A stretch of 64,000 nt of DNA, taken from NCBI GenBank assembly GCA_035221665.1, contig CM069150.1, positions 5,952,001 through 6,016,000 on the forward strand, in the 5' to 3' direction. Of this stretch, positions 51,081 through 63,281 are shown one piece after another. The position numbers and the translations under genes were made by a program. Position 1 is the first letter of the stretch; the number at the start of each line of letters is the position of its first letter. The DNA comes from Okamejei kenojei (lineage: Eukaryota). The notes under the pieces are model-generated. The model saw only the letters and a list, made by a program, of their open reading frames with translations, was not told where the DNA came from and searched no databases.

Positions 51081-51912
51081 CCATTCAATCCAGGGCAACT
51101 CTGTAGAACAACCCAAGAGTCCAATTCCTTCCCAGCTCAGTTCCTACCATCCTACATCTTTATTTCCCTTATGCCCTTCCATTCTTTTTGAGGACATTGA
51201 TTGTTCCTCCTTCCACCCCCCTCACAGGGCAATGAGTCCCAGCTCATGGGATCAACATTTCTCTTAGGTGAAATTTTTGAATCGCAAACACCTCCATCAA
51301 ACACCCTTCAACCTTCCTTGATTATGAGCACAAACTTCCCAAAAGGAAACAGTAAAGAGCCCTGTCCAGCGGGCACGGAAATCGCTATCAAAGCATGCAG
51401 GGGACACAAAAGAAACAGCTAGACAGGTACATGGATAGGACAGGTTTGGAGGGATATGGGCCAAACGCGGGCAGGTGGGGCTAATGTAGCTGGGACATGT
51501 TGGCCGGTGTGGGCAAGTTGGGCCGAAGGGCCTTTTTACACGCCGTATGATTCTATGACTCTATGACAACGATAAAGTGAATTTCAGAAGGATCAGTGCA
51601 TTACCTCAGGGCCCATAAGATTTGGCAAAGATTATCAGGTTTCGGGGAATTAAGACTTAGATCTATTTTTCCAGTGCTTACCCTTCATCACAATTAATCA
51701 CTTTGCTCCTCATTTTCAAGAAACTCTAGGTTAACCACAATTTCAAATACAGTGACTTTGATCGTGAGTACAAGCATGAAATATTTGTTTAATGCCTCAA
51801 GCAGTTTCTTATCCCTTATGATTTTTTCATGACTATTCCTCTAGAGTTTTCACATTTACCTTGTATTGAATTACATTTGTATCAAAACTATTACAATGTT
51901 TTTCCTTGCTGA

Positions 51913-52224
51913 TTTAGTTTTGTTTTGTTTAGTTTAGTTTAGAGAAACAGTGAGTTAGTTTAGTATACGTTAGAGAAACAGGCTCTTTGGCCTACCAGCT
52001 ATCGGCACACTTAGCACAACCCTGCACACACATGGGACAATTTCCTACAAACCTGCACGTCTTTGGAGTGTGGGAAGAAACCGAAGATCTTGGAGAAAGC
52101 CCATGCCATCACGGACAGAACGTACAAACTCCGTACAGACAGCACCCGTAGTGGGGATCGAACCCGACTCTCCGGTGTTGCAAGCGCTGTAAGGCAGCAA
52201 CTCTACTGCTGCGCCACTGTGCCG
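51913..52224 (-). mobile_element. HE1-like SINE
   Basis: Same family; joined to a CR1 fragment at 52225-52472. Confidence 0.8.
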
Positions 52225-53269
52225 ACCTCTCTGGACCTTTCCTATCCATGTATTTGTCCAAATGTCTTTAAAATGTTGTTATTGTACCTGCCCCAAGCAC
52301 TTCCTTTGGCAGATCATTCTAAACACCAACCGACCTCTGTGTGAAGATGTTGCCCCTCAGTTTCCTATTCAATCATTCCCTCTCACCTTAAACCTATTGC
52401 CTTTAATTCTTGATTCCCCTGCCCCAGGACTCTGTGCATTCACCCTATCTATTCCCCTCATGATTTTATACTTTCATATTCTCACTTTCAAACTTTGGGC
52501 TCTTTCAATTGTTGGCCATCGCTGTTCCAAACAATCTCGATCCTCAGGCTTACATTTGTTGTTTAGCTTCCTGTTTTGCACCAACACTATCTTTCACCTC
52601 CATTTGGCTGCAGATGGATCAGGGTCCACATGAAATAATTTCTCTGTGGAAGATTTATATTTCTCATTGCTTGCCTAGTGGAAAGCTTTTAATCTAATTA
52701 ACCAGGCTCATTCCCCAGGCAGGAGCATGGGGTTAGGAGGGAAAGATAGATCAGCCATGATTGAATGGTGGAGTAGACTTGATGGTCCGAATGGCCTAAT
52801 TCTCCACCTATCACTTATAACCTTATATTAACTATTTATTCTTAGTTTAGTTTTGTTTAATGATCCAGTGGAAATGCTGTAATTATATCCCTATCTATCC
52901 CTATTTTAAAATGAGTTCATTTTCTGGCTGGATTGTACCACACTGGAACTAATATAAAATTCTATCATAATGTGATTTGTTTCCCACTGGATGTTTGTCT
53001 GATTAACCCTTTGTTCCATAATTGTGTCATGAATTGCACTGCAAAAAGCTGCCTGAATAGGTTTTGTTATCATTTTTTCCAAACAACTTTCAACAGCTTA
53101 AGTTACTTCATGTATTGTATTAGCTGAGGTGCAAGTTCTTTACCTTAAGATATGAAAACATTCTCTAGCAATATCAGTGCTATTTGATGAATAAACTGGT
53201 CCCACCTAACTTTCTTTCATTTCTACCATATTGATTCTAATTTATTACTGTGGCTTGTCCCACTCCCAT

Positions 53270-53735
53270 CTCTTTATATATCGGTGAGACCAAGGGTAGG
53301 CTTGGCGATCGTTTCGCCTAACACCTCGGCTCAGTCCGCATTAACCAACCTGATCTCCCTGTGGCTCAACACTTCAACTCCCCCTCCCATTCCGAATCCA
53401 ACATTTCTGTCCTGGGCCTTCTCCATTGCCAGAGTGAGCACCACCGGAAACTGGAGGAGCAGCACCTCATATTCCGCTTGGGCAGTCTGCATCCCAGTGG
53501 CCTGAACATTGACTTCTCCAATTTCCGGTAGCCCTTGCTGTCTCCTCCCCTTCTCAGCTCTCCCTCAGCCCTCTGGCTCTTCCTCTTCCTTTCTTCTTCC
53601 TGACCCTCCACCCTGCATCAGTCTGAAGAAGGGTTTTGGCCCAAAACGTCGCCTATTTCCTTCGCTCCATAGATGCTGAGTTTCTCCAACACTTTTGTCT
53701 ACCTTTGATTTTCCAGCAACTGCAGTTCCTTCTTG
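53270..53735 (+). mobile_element. Penelope-like element 3' part (GIY-YIG) with terminal module
   Basis: LYIGETKGRLGDRFA*HLGSVR..LPVAQHFNSPSHSESNISVLGLLHCQSEHHRKLEEQHLIFRLGSLHPSGLNIDFSNFR*. Confidence 0.9.
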
Positions 53736-53924
53736 AACATCCCATCTCTTGATATGTTACCTATCCATCATTATGGTCCCAGGAGTATTTAATTCTCCCC
53801 GCTGGTCATCTTGCAGGACCGGCATTTTTTCATCCTTTGTGGATCAAACCCAAATACTGTTATTTGTACCACTAATTCACTTATCTTACAGAAGTGCCTC
53901 CCATTCACAGGGCTGTCAACATTG

Positions 53925-54215
53925 GGTGAAAGTTGGGAGTGAGAAATTGCGAGAGACCAAGCCCGAGGAAGTGTACCGACTGGGGGGGGGGGTTTCAGAG
54001 GAGGGTGTCCCCCCTCCCATTGGTACGGAACTTTTGCATTTTTCAGCTTGAAATTGTGCAACATGGTGCACACTGTAGCGAGTCTTTTAACTTACACTTG
54101 AATGCAATATATATGCTTTAAATTAAATTAGCTATGAATAAGGATAGAGTAAATTACATTCCTAATTACATTCCACAGTAGAGTCCAGGCTCTGATCCAT
54201 ACGTGCAGCACATGA
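53925..54215 (+). mobile_element. Dispersed DNA-transposon-like repeat fragment (similar piece at ~55850-56015)
   Basis: Shared gagggtgtcccccctccca..ttttg..aaatt..gcac/ttgtag motif. Confidence 0.4.
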
Positions 54216-56318
54216 ACTATCTTAGTGTGTTCATGTATGGAAATCAGATTATAATCAAGCACTTGGCCCATGTTGGCCAACCTGGGTCTCACTGCACACC
54301 TGGTACTACTCCTGGTCCTGACTCCAGTTGCATACCTTCTCTCATTCCTGCCCCTGAGACCAGCCTTGCACCTGGCCCCCTATTCTACCCTGATCCTAGT
54401 TGCTTAGCTGCTTAGGTTCCCAGTGCTGAACACACCCCTCCCTGGTCCCAGCTTTGACTGCACACCTAGTACTATTCCAGACCTTGACTCTGGATGCACA
54501 CTTGGCCTTGCTCCTAGCCCCTTTGCACTGACAATATATCTGGCCCACACATAAAGCCCCATATCTGACCCCCTGGACTTAACCTATTACGTTCAAGTCC
54601 ACAGGTGCTCATCTAATGCAGTAATCCTTTATGGGGCACTTCACAGACCAAATTATGGATAACAACATTTGCTACATTCATTGGCTTCCTTGTTATCTAA
54701 CATGCTAGTCACATTGTCAAATAAGTCATCAATTGGTTGAACACAATTCCCATCCATAAAATTAAACTCACTCAGCTGTATAAGTATTCTGGTACAATTT
54801 CTTTCATTTTCGTAACAAACTGTCCGGAAGTCATTTTCACCCGCAATATTTTCAATATTTTGCTGTCTTCCTCTCTGCTGGGACTTTTCCGAAATGCAAA
54901 GTCCAATAACTATATATTTAAGCAATATTATTCTATTAACTGTGATCTTGTGAGTACATAATATTTTCTGTGGTATTCATAACACAACAATGATAAAAAG
55001 ATATTTGTTTTGATTGCACCTACCAACATGCATATATTATTATATTACAGTTAATATGTACTGAGGACAAATTTTTGTACCAATGCTCCCCATTCCCAAT
55101 TACTTTTACATTGAAGTGATTGAAATCCAAGTGAAGTTTAAATGGCATCATAAAAGCAAAACCTCCAGAATGGATGATATTCATTGCGTGGTTGGTTGGG
55201 GTCAGTAGCAGCACAATTACTATATTTAACTTTGAATCTTCAGATGTCCTGGTTCAAGCTAAAACTAAAGACAAATAATAATCTCCTCACACATTCCCCT
55301 GCAAGTATCTCTGTCACTCCTTTAAAATATGCCCTTTCATTGAACAAGCTCTTAAATATCGCATCTGAATCAGTTTCCATCTGATTACACTCCTTGGGGA
55401 TGTTCATCTATGTGTTCAATTAATAAAACAACGAGATTGGGGACATTTTTATTCAACCTGTCAAAGGAATTGGGGGAGGGAGGGTTGTTAGAAATAATCA
55501 GTGAGGGAGACAAACATAATAATTGAGTGGCAAATGACAATAGTGCTACCTTCCCAATATTTAACTGAAGGAAATAATGGGTTATCAGAGCTGTATGTTG
55601 TGACAGAGAGCCTGACACCTTGCATGTCATTTAGTATTACACTTATGCCATCCCCCTAGATATTCCGGATTAATAAATTAAGGTTTTGTCAAATAATTAC
55701 AAATCAGGCTAATTACAAACCAATAACATTAGCCAACTCCGAAACATGAAGCGCTGAGCATTGGGATCTAGACATCACGGACAACTGGCCTCAGTTCCCC
55801 GCTCACATCTGGCAGTGTTCTCCGTCTGATCACTGGCCTTAGGGGTACCCGGTGAGGGAGTGGAGCAACCGAGTGGGGAGAGGGTGTGGAAGAAGGGGGT
55901 GCCCCCTCCCAGGTTAGGGACTTTTTGAAATTTGATGTATTAAAATCATGTTTTAGTGCATTGTAGAAATATGATTTCAATGTATTTTGTATGAAGTATT
56001 TTTAAGAGGCAACTTTTTAAGGGGTAACTTTATCCAAACAAAGGATGGTGGGTGTATGGAACAAGCTGCCAGAGGAGGTAGTTGAGGCAGGGACCATCCC
56101 AACATTTAAGAAACAGTTAGACTGATACAGGGATAGGGCAGGTTTGGAGGTATGGACCAAAAGCAGGTAGTGTAGCTGGGACATGTTGGCGGGTGTGGGC
56201 AAGTTGCGCAGAAGGGCCTGTTTTCACACTGTATCACTCTGTGTCTACATCATACCTCCACCATGCATGAATGCTTCAAAATCAAGGGATCGAGTTTTAT
56301 TACCATATACTCAAGCTT

Positions 56319-56658
56319 AGAAACATAGAAAAATAGGTGCAGGAATAGGCCATCGGCCCTTCGAGCCAGCACTGCCATTCAATATGATCATGGCTATTCA
56401 TCTAAAATCAGTACCTCTTCCCTGTTTTTTTCCCTATATCCCTTGGATTCGTTAGCCCCAAGAACTAAATGTAACTCTCTCTTGAAAACATCCAGTGAAT
56501 TGGTCTGCACTGCCTTCTGTGGCAGATAATTCCACAGATTCACAACTCTCTGCATGAAGAACGTTTGTCCTCATCTCAATCCTCACTGGCCCCCCCTTTA
56601 TTCTTAAACTGTGACCCCTGGTTCTGAACTCCCCCAACATTGGGAACATTTTTCCTGC
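56319..56658 (-). mobile_element. CR1 3' fragment
   Basis: MFPMLGEFRTRGHSLRIKGGPVRIEMR. Confidence 0.85.
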
Positions 56659-56764
56659 AGTTACAGTAAGTGAAAATCAAGCAGGCAAACATGATGCTTT
56701 CTCCAGCCGCCCCAATTTGAAGTCCACTATCTTCCACTGTTTCTACCCAGTGCTTGGTACTTAC

Positions 56765-56920
56765 TCCCAGCAGCCACTGGTTGTCCTCCAGGATGCACCG
56801 AGCCACAGGCTGATCCATGCCGGTCACCTGGGCGAATTTCGCACGGAGACTCTCGCGGCAGCAGCGCAACGCTTCCGACGCCTCCGACGGCCCGGGACTC
56901 TTGCACCGAGGCTGCTCCAT
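56765..56920 (-). pseudogene. TDP2: TDP2-like first coding exon (UBA-like domain); orphan or pseudogene candidate
   Basis: Kozak ccggccATGG at 56920. Peptide MEQPRCKSPGPSEASEALRCCRESLRAKFAQVTGMDQPVARCILEDNQWLLG resembles the TDP2 N-terminal RRLLCVEFASVASCDAAVAQCFLAENDWEME. A phase-0 GTAAGT donor follows at the equivalent position. No catalytic exons were recognised downstream. Confidence 0.6.
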
Positions 56921-57131
56921 GGCCGGAGCTGCAGTGAGCAACTCACGAGCCCGGCAAACATTCGCCAGCCCCGCTCCCCATCCGCATCTGTCCCCGTCGC
57001 TGCTTCTGCTTCCAACACCCATGGCCCATGCAGTTGATATGAGTTTTCACCATTTTGAGAAATTTGTGATCAGCGTAGAATTTGGCAAAATGCGTGATTC
57101 TCACGCTCAATGCATGGGAGTTGGCAGCCAT

Positions 57132-58070
57132 GCCTCTCTATCCCCCTCTCTCCCCCCTCTCTCCCCCTCCCCTCTCTCTCTCCCCCTTCATCTCTATCCC
57201 CCTATCTCTCCCTTCCCCTCTCCACCCTCTCTCTCCCTTCCTCTCTCCCCTCTCTCTCTCCGTCATCCTCTCTCTCTCCTCTCTTCTCTTCCCCTCCCCA
57301 CCCTCCTTCTCTCCACCTCTTTCGTTCTCTCCCCTCTCTCACTCTTCCTCCCTCTCTCTCTCTCCCCTTCCTCTCTCTCTCCCCTCTTTCTCTCTCCCCT
57401 CTCCACTCTCTCTCCTCTCCACTCCTCACCTCCACTCTCACCTCCCCCTCTCCCCTCTATCTTCCCCCTCTCTCTTCACTCTCCCCCTCTCTCCCCCTCT
57501 CTCTCTCTCCCCCCTCTCTCTCCCCCTTCTCTATATCCCCTCCCCCCATCTCTCTCTCTCCCTCTCTCTCTCTCCCCTCTCTTTCTTCTCTCTCTCTTTC
57601 TCCCTCCCCCTCTGTCCCCCTCTGTCCCCCTCTCTCTCTTCTGCTCACTCTCTCTCTCTCCCTCTCCTTCTCCCTCTCCCTCCCTCTCTCTCCCCCTCCC
57701 TCTCTCTCCACTCTCCCCTCCATTTCTCCCTCCCACCTCACTCTCCCCTTCACTCTCTTTCTCCTGTCTCTATCTCCACCTCTTTCTCTTTGCCCCCATC
57801 TCTCTCTCTCTTTCCCCGTTTCTCTCGTCCCCCTCTATCCTCTTCCCTTTTACCACCCCTCTCTCTTCCCCTTCTCTCTCCAATTCTCTCCTACCCTCTC
57901 CTCCTCCACCCTCTCTCTCCCCTACCTCTCTTTCCCCTCGCTCTCTCCCCCTCCCCCCTCTCTCCCCCTCCCCCCCCCCTCTCACTCTTCTCTCTTCCCA
58001 TTCTCTCCCTCTGTCTCTCCCCCTCTGTCTCCCCCCACTGTCTCCTTCCCCTCTCTCTCTCCTCCTCTCT
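57132..58070. repeat. ~940-bp CT-rich polypyrimidine tract
   Basis: Almost exclusively C/T on the + strand. Confidence 0.95.
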
Positions 58071-58086
58071 ATGAGAGTCTCTGTCT

Positions 58087-58262
58087 CTTCGGCACAGGGA
58101 CTCTCACGGCAGCGGCGCAATGCTTCCAATGCCTCAAACCGCCCGGGACTCTTGCACTGAGGCTGCTCCATGGCCGGAGCTGCAGCGAGTGACTCGCCAG
58201 CCCCGCAAACACTCGCCAGCCCCGCAAACACTCGCCAGCCCCGTTGCCGGCATCTGTCCCCG
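58087..58262 (-). pseudogene. TDP2: Partial second copy of the TDP2-like exon 1 and 5' region
   Basis: MEQPQCKSPGRFEALEALRRCRESPCAE from the ATG at 58171, homologous to 56838-57000 and cut off at the CT tract. The 5' part has a 19-bp repeat, ccccgcaaacactcgccag. Confidence 0.6.
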
Positions 58263-58308
58263 GCAAATACTCGCCAGCACCGCAAACACTCACCAGCCCG
58301 GCAAACAC

Positions 58309-58559
58309 ATTAACACCATCCTTCACACACTAGGGATAATTTACACTTACACCAAGCCAATTAACCTACAAACCTGTACGTCTTTGGTGTGTGGGAGGAA
58401 ACTGAAGATCTCGGAGAAAACCCACGCGGTCACGGGGAGAACGTACAAACCCCGTACAGACAGCACCCGTAGTCGGGATCTAACACGGGTTTCTGGCGTT
58501 GCAAACACTGTATGGTAGCAACTCTACCGCCATACAGTGTTTGCAACGCCATGCCACCC
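58309..58559 (-). mobile_element. HE1-like SINE with an acquired 22-bp palindrome
   Basis: Family head and core; see findings. Confidence 0.8.
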
Positions 58560-60039
58560 TGCTTCATATCATAGCGTTGACTTTTCTCTTTTGCCTGCAA
58601 TTTTCTCCTCATGGATTCTAGCTCAACCCGTTTATTTTTCTCCATCGGTCTGAAGAAGGGTCTCGACCTGAAATGTCATCTATACCTTTTCTCCAGAGAT
58701 GCTGTCTGACCCGCTGAGTTACTCCAGCTTTTTGTGTCTATCTTTATTTTAAACGAGCATCTGCAGTTCCTTCCTCCGCTTCTCATTTATTTAAAATCCA
58801 TTTTTAGTCCACATGACCATTCAATAAGACAGGACACTGGATCACGCTAACTTTTAATCGAGCTTGTCCCAATGGAATAGACTTCTTCAAAACTTAATCC
58901 AATTTCTCATGAATCAAAAAGAGTAATTGTTTATTCAATTTAACTAGAAGAGAGAAACCTGTAGCCCCAAGGGTAATTTATGCAAATCTGATGTAAAACA
59001 CTATGTTTTAGCTGCATTCAATTAAATTCACATTAATTCATGGTGCAATTTGTTACGGACAAGTCAATTTTTCTGCTTCCATTAGTAGTGAATAAAGCTA
59101 GTGATAATCCACCTATGAAATTCCATAAATAACATTTGAAGTATCGTGGAGAAAGATCTTATCAAATGATGGCATGCTGGTATACGAGTTCCCTTGTCAG
59201 TAAACACTGAACCAAGGACGAGAGAGCAGGTGGTCTGTACAGTAAAACATCTTGGTGGTTTGAAGCTGGTATGGTCTGATATTAGCGTTGTGAGCACTGA
59301 GGCTGAGAGATAGAAGAATTACTTTTAAACCTAAAATACTCTTTGCCCTAGTCTCACACCACACCTCTACAGGATTCTGCTCGTGACATTAATTGGTTTT
59401 GCACTGAGTGCTGAGCTGTGCTCTTTTTGGCTTCTCACCAACCTGTTCTTGCCCTAACAGGAGTCATTCCAATAGACATATTGAATCATAAAAATGTACA
59501 GTATAGAAATTGACTCCTTCAGCCCACCTCCTCCATACCGACCATGATGCCTGCCTACACTAATTCCATTTGCCTGCAACATGCCCATATCTGTTAGAAC
59601 ATTTTGCTATTCAAGTTCCACTCCAAATGCCTTTTAAACATTGTAATTGTATCTCTCTACCAACTCATCTCATAACTCGTTCTAAATAACCATCACCATC
59701 TTGGTGAAAAACTTGCCCCTCAGATTGTTCCAATCTCAGCTTAAATCCATGCCCTCTAATTCTACACTCTCACGACCTTTGAAAAGGCCTCAGACTAACT
59801 ATGTGTAGGAAGGAACTGCAGATGCTGGTTTAAACCAAAGGTAGACGCAAGATGCTGGAGTAACTCAGTGGGTCCAGAATGGTCCTGACCCAAAATGTCA
59901 CCCATTCCTTTTCTCCAGAGATGCAGCCTGTCCTTCAGACTAACGCTATTATCTATGTCCCTCATAATTTGTACAAATGTTCCATGTAGGTTGGGACACA
60001 AGTACGCGCAAGATGCCTTAATCACTATACACCTCGTAT

Positions 60040-60653
60040 ACTCGTCATGGGTAGATAAGGTGGTTAAAAAGGTTTTCAGCACTTTGGCCTCAATCAGTCA
60101 GAGTATTGAGTATAGTTGGAGGGCCCTGTTGCAGTTATATAAGACATTGGTGAGGCCACATTAAGAGTATTGAGTTCAGTTTTGCCCATCGTGTTATGGG
60201 AAAGATGTTGTCAAGCTGGAAAAGGTGCAGAGAAGATTTACAAGGATGTTGCAAGGAATCAGGGAGCAGTTGAGCAGGCTAGGACTATTCCTTGGAGCGC
60301 AGAAGATTGTGGGGAGATCTTAAAGAAGTGTTCAAAATCATGAGAGGAATAAATTGGGTAAATGCATAGAACCTGGCCCAGAGTTGGAGAATCATGAACC
60401 AGAGGACATAGGTGCGGGAGGAAATATTTAATAGGAACCCGAGGTTCCTATTTACATAAAAGATGCTAGGTATATGGAATATTGCCAGAAAGGTTGTTGA
60501 GGCAGTTACTATCATAATGTTTAGAAACATTTAAACAGGACAGGTTAGAGGGATATGGACCAAATGCAGGCAGGTGGGACTAATGTTGATGTGACATGTT
60601 GGTCGGTATAGGCAAGTTGGGCCGAAGGGCCACTTTCCACGCTCTATGACTCT
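60040..60653 (+). mobile_element. CR1 3' fragment
   Basis: VDKVVKKVFSTLASISQSIEY..LQLYKTLVRPH. Confidence 0.85.
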
Positions 60654-60839
60654 TATTCTGTAAAGCAGTGTGGAGTTGTCATTGAATCCCAGCACTGCTC
60701 AAGTAGACCTATTCAATGCAGAGCACTTAGCCCTGTGTCCAACATTCACCGAAGATCAAGAATTTCATAGCAAGAGGATGTCTTGCATCCCACCACTTAA
60801 AGGGATATCAATCATTTAATGAGATGTCAGTCACTTTGA

Positions 60840-61305
60840 GCATTTGGAGTATTGCGTGCATTACTGGTGACCCCGGTACAAGAATGAACTGGAGGCTTTG
60901 GAGAAGGTGCAGAAGAGGTTTACCAGGATGCTGCCTGGATTAAAGTGTATATGTTGTAAGGAGGGATTGGACAAACGTGGATTGTTTTCTCTGGAGCATC
61001 AGAGGCTGTGGAGACCTGAGAGCAGTTTATAAAATGAGGGGCATAAATAGGGTGGCCAGTCAAGAGCTTTTTCCCAGGGTTGAACCATCAAATACCAGAA
61101 GGCATGATATGCAGGGCATGTTTTTACACAGAGCGGTCGGTGCCTGTATTGCACAGAAGGGATAGTGGCGGAAGCAGCATTTAAGCATCTTTTACACTTG
61201 AATATGCAAGAAATGGAAGGATATGGATCACATGCAGGCAGAAGAGATTAGTTTAATTTGACATCTTGTTCTGCCTGTTCCTTTAATTCATTGTTCTATG
61301 TTCTA
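60840..61305 (+). mobile_element. Old CR1 3' fragment
   Basis: LEALEKVQKRFTRMLPGL..GLDKRGLFSLE. Confidence 0.75.
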
Positions 61306-61704
61306 GGTTATTAGCTGCTAATTGGCTTCATGTTCATTGGAGTAAATTAGTGTTTACCCCATTCACACTTTACAATTTGCAACTTCCTGCTTCAAATACT
61401 TATGTTGACCTAAAAGCCGTGAAATTAAATCAATCAGCAACTTCTGGTTGAAGTTGTGTCCAGCGGGAATTGAACTGAGTAGCACAATGCGCATTGGGGA
61501 TCTGAGACTCTTGTCCGTAGATTGGAATGCTAATGGCATTTAGACATTTAAATAGATAAGACATACAGTGATGTGGTCCTAATGCAAGCAAATGGGATTT
61601 GTGTCGATGGGAAGAATGGTCAGCATGGGTGTGGTGGGTGGAAGGTCTCTTTTCAGTGCTGCATAACTGTATTCATCTATCACAAAGCGGTCGGTGCGGT
61701 GAGT

Positions 61705-61732
61705 CTGAAGAAGGGTCTCGGCCCGAAACGTC
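61705..61732 (+). ncRNA. Minimal hammerhead ribozyme motif in a Penelope terminal module (61703-61797)
   Basis: CTGAAGA-A-GGGT-CTCG-GCCC-GAAAC-GTC; stem II is retained through a G-U pair. Confidence 0.6.
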
Positions 61733-62543
61733 GCCTATCTCCTTCGCTCCTTAGATGCTGCTGCACCGCTGAGTTTCTCCAGCTTTTTGTGTACCCGTAT
61801 TCATCTATCACAATGCTGTTTGCCTTGTCAACATTAGCAGGAACAATGGCCATCATGGCTGTCACAACCAGAACACATCACAGATCACAAGTTATAGAAG
61901 AATTAGGTCATTCAGCCCATCGAGTCTACTCCACCATTCAATCATAGCTCATCTCTGCCTCCTGATCCCATTTTCCTGCCTTCTCCTCCTAACCCTTGAC
62001 ACCCGTTCTAATCAAGAATTTGTCTATCTCTGCCTTAAAAATATCCACTGATGGCTTCCACAGCCCTCTGTGGCAATAAGTTCCACAAATTAACCACCAT
62101 CTGACTAAAGCCTTTTAAAGCCTGACTCAGCGCCTTCTCCAGGATAATTAGGAAGAAGAAATCCAAAAAAAAAGTCAACTGATAAAGACTATTGAAATTC
62201 CACAAGGAAAACAGGCACAGCTTAGGCCTATGTGGCTTTGCATAGCTACACTGCCCTTTGGCCCAATGCATCCATGTTGACCAAGATCCCTCACCTATTT
62301 GACGGTGCCAAGCCCAGATCCCTCTAAAGCATTCCGATCCACCTACATATCCAAATGTATTTTCAAAATTTGTTATTGTACCTACTTCAACTACTTAATC
62401 TGGCAGCTTATTCCATATACCCATCACCCCACTGTGTCAAAAAGTTGACCCACAACTTCCTATTACATTTTTCCCCTCTCACCTTGAACCTATCCCCTCT
62501 AGTTCCAGATTCCCCTATCCTGGGAAAAAAAAATATATATATA

Positions 62544-63281
62544 CTAGAATAAGTGGGACCCGTTGGGTCCCAGCATCACATGGGAGGGCTGGTCCCCCAA
62601 CGCGATATTCCACCTCGCCACCAATTCCAATATTGGTGGCCAGTGGGGGAAGGGGGGGGTGGGGCTTTCTGGAGCGCTAGTATGTGTGTTGGGGACTGGT
62701 TTCCAGAGGGCTAATATGGACATTGTGGGCCTAATGGATTCTTGGTCTGGCGGCTCAGTCACTCAAGCCTGTTGTGCTGGCAGCTCACTCACTCACAGCT
62801 GGTGGGCTGGCAGTTGACTCACGGCTATTCCTTGAAATTCCAGTTCAAGCAGGGTGCAAGGCCACCAAATTCAAGTGCAGTTTCTTACCACTTCAAGCAG
62901 GGTGCAAGGCCACCAAATTCAAGTGCAGTTTCATACCATTTCAAGCAGGGTGCAAGGCCACTAAAGACAGCGAGTCATGAGCTCTCCCTCCTTCATCTTG
63001 CAGGGACTGAGCCACGCCCACACTACTGGGTTTTATAGTCTCTCCCACCAGAAGGGGCATGGCCTTCATGGCATGATTGACAGGAGAGAGAATCTCAACA
63101 TTTTTTAAACACTAATAACTCTTATTTTTCATTGATGGGAATAATCCTCAGCACCTGGTGAGCAGAGGGGGACTCTGAGGAAGATGGCCAAAAATCACAG
63201 CCGTATGTGGTAGCGTTCTTTCTAAAATCAATATAAAGAGCAAACAAGAAGTGGTCAAGATTAGACTTTTAATTATATAGA
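62544..63281 (-). mobile_element. Non-autonomous Helitron, related to 31459-34347
   Basis: On the minus strand: 5' TCTATATAATTAAAAG, 3' GGGACCC-AAC-GGGTCCC hairpin then CTAG-T. Shares the internal block gcccacaatgtccata..ggaaaccagtcc. The base before the 5' TC is T rather than the canonical A. Confidence 0.75.
62844..62961. repeat. 48-bp tandem repeat (~2.5 copies) inside the Helitron
   Basis: ttcaagcagggtgcaaggccaccaaattcaagtgcagttt.. starting at 62844, 62892 and 62940. Confidence 0.9.

Noticed and set aside
52573-52662. Possible TDP2 exon 2 (minus strand, ttccacag|AGAAATTATTTC..|gtaagc; approximate position)
   Set aside because: Splice-like ends, but an in-frame stop and no convincing match to RALNSYFE.
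54285-54510. Degenerate direct repeat ctgcacacct(g/a)gtacta..tgactc
   Set aside because: Only two diverged units, with no termini or coding signal to interpret.
54653-54925. 90-aa ORF downstream of the TDP2-like exon
   Set aside because: AT-rich with no recognisable domain or homology.
56817-58192. 330-447-aa Ser/Pro/Leu-rich ORFs and Glu/Arg/Gly-rich antisense ORFs
   Set aside because: Artefacts of the CT-rich tract, which rarely contains stop codons.
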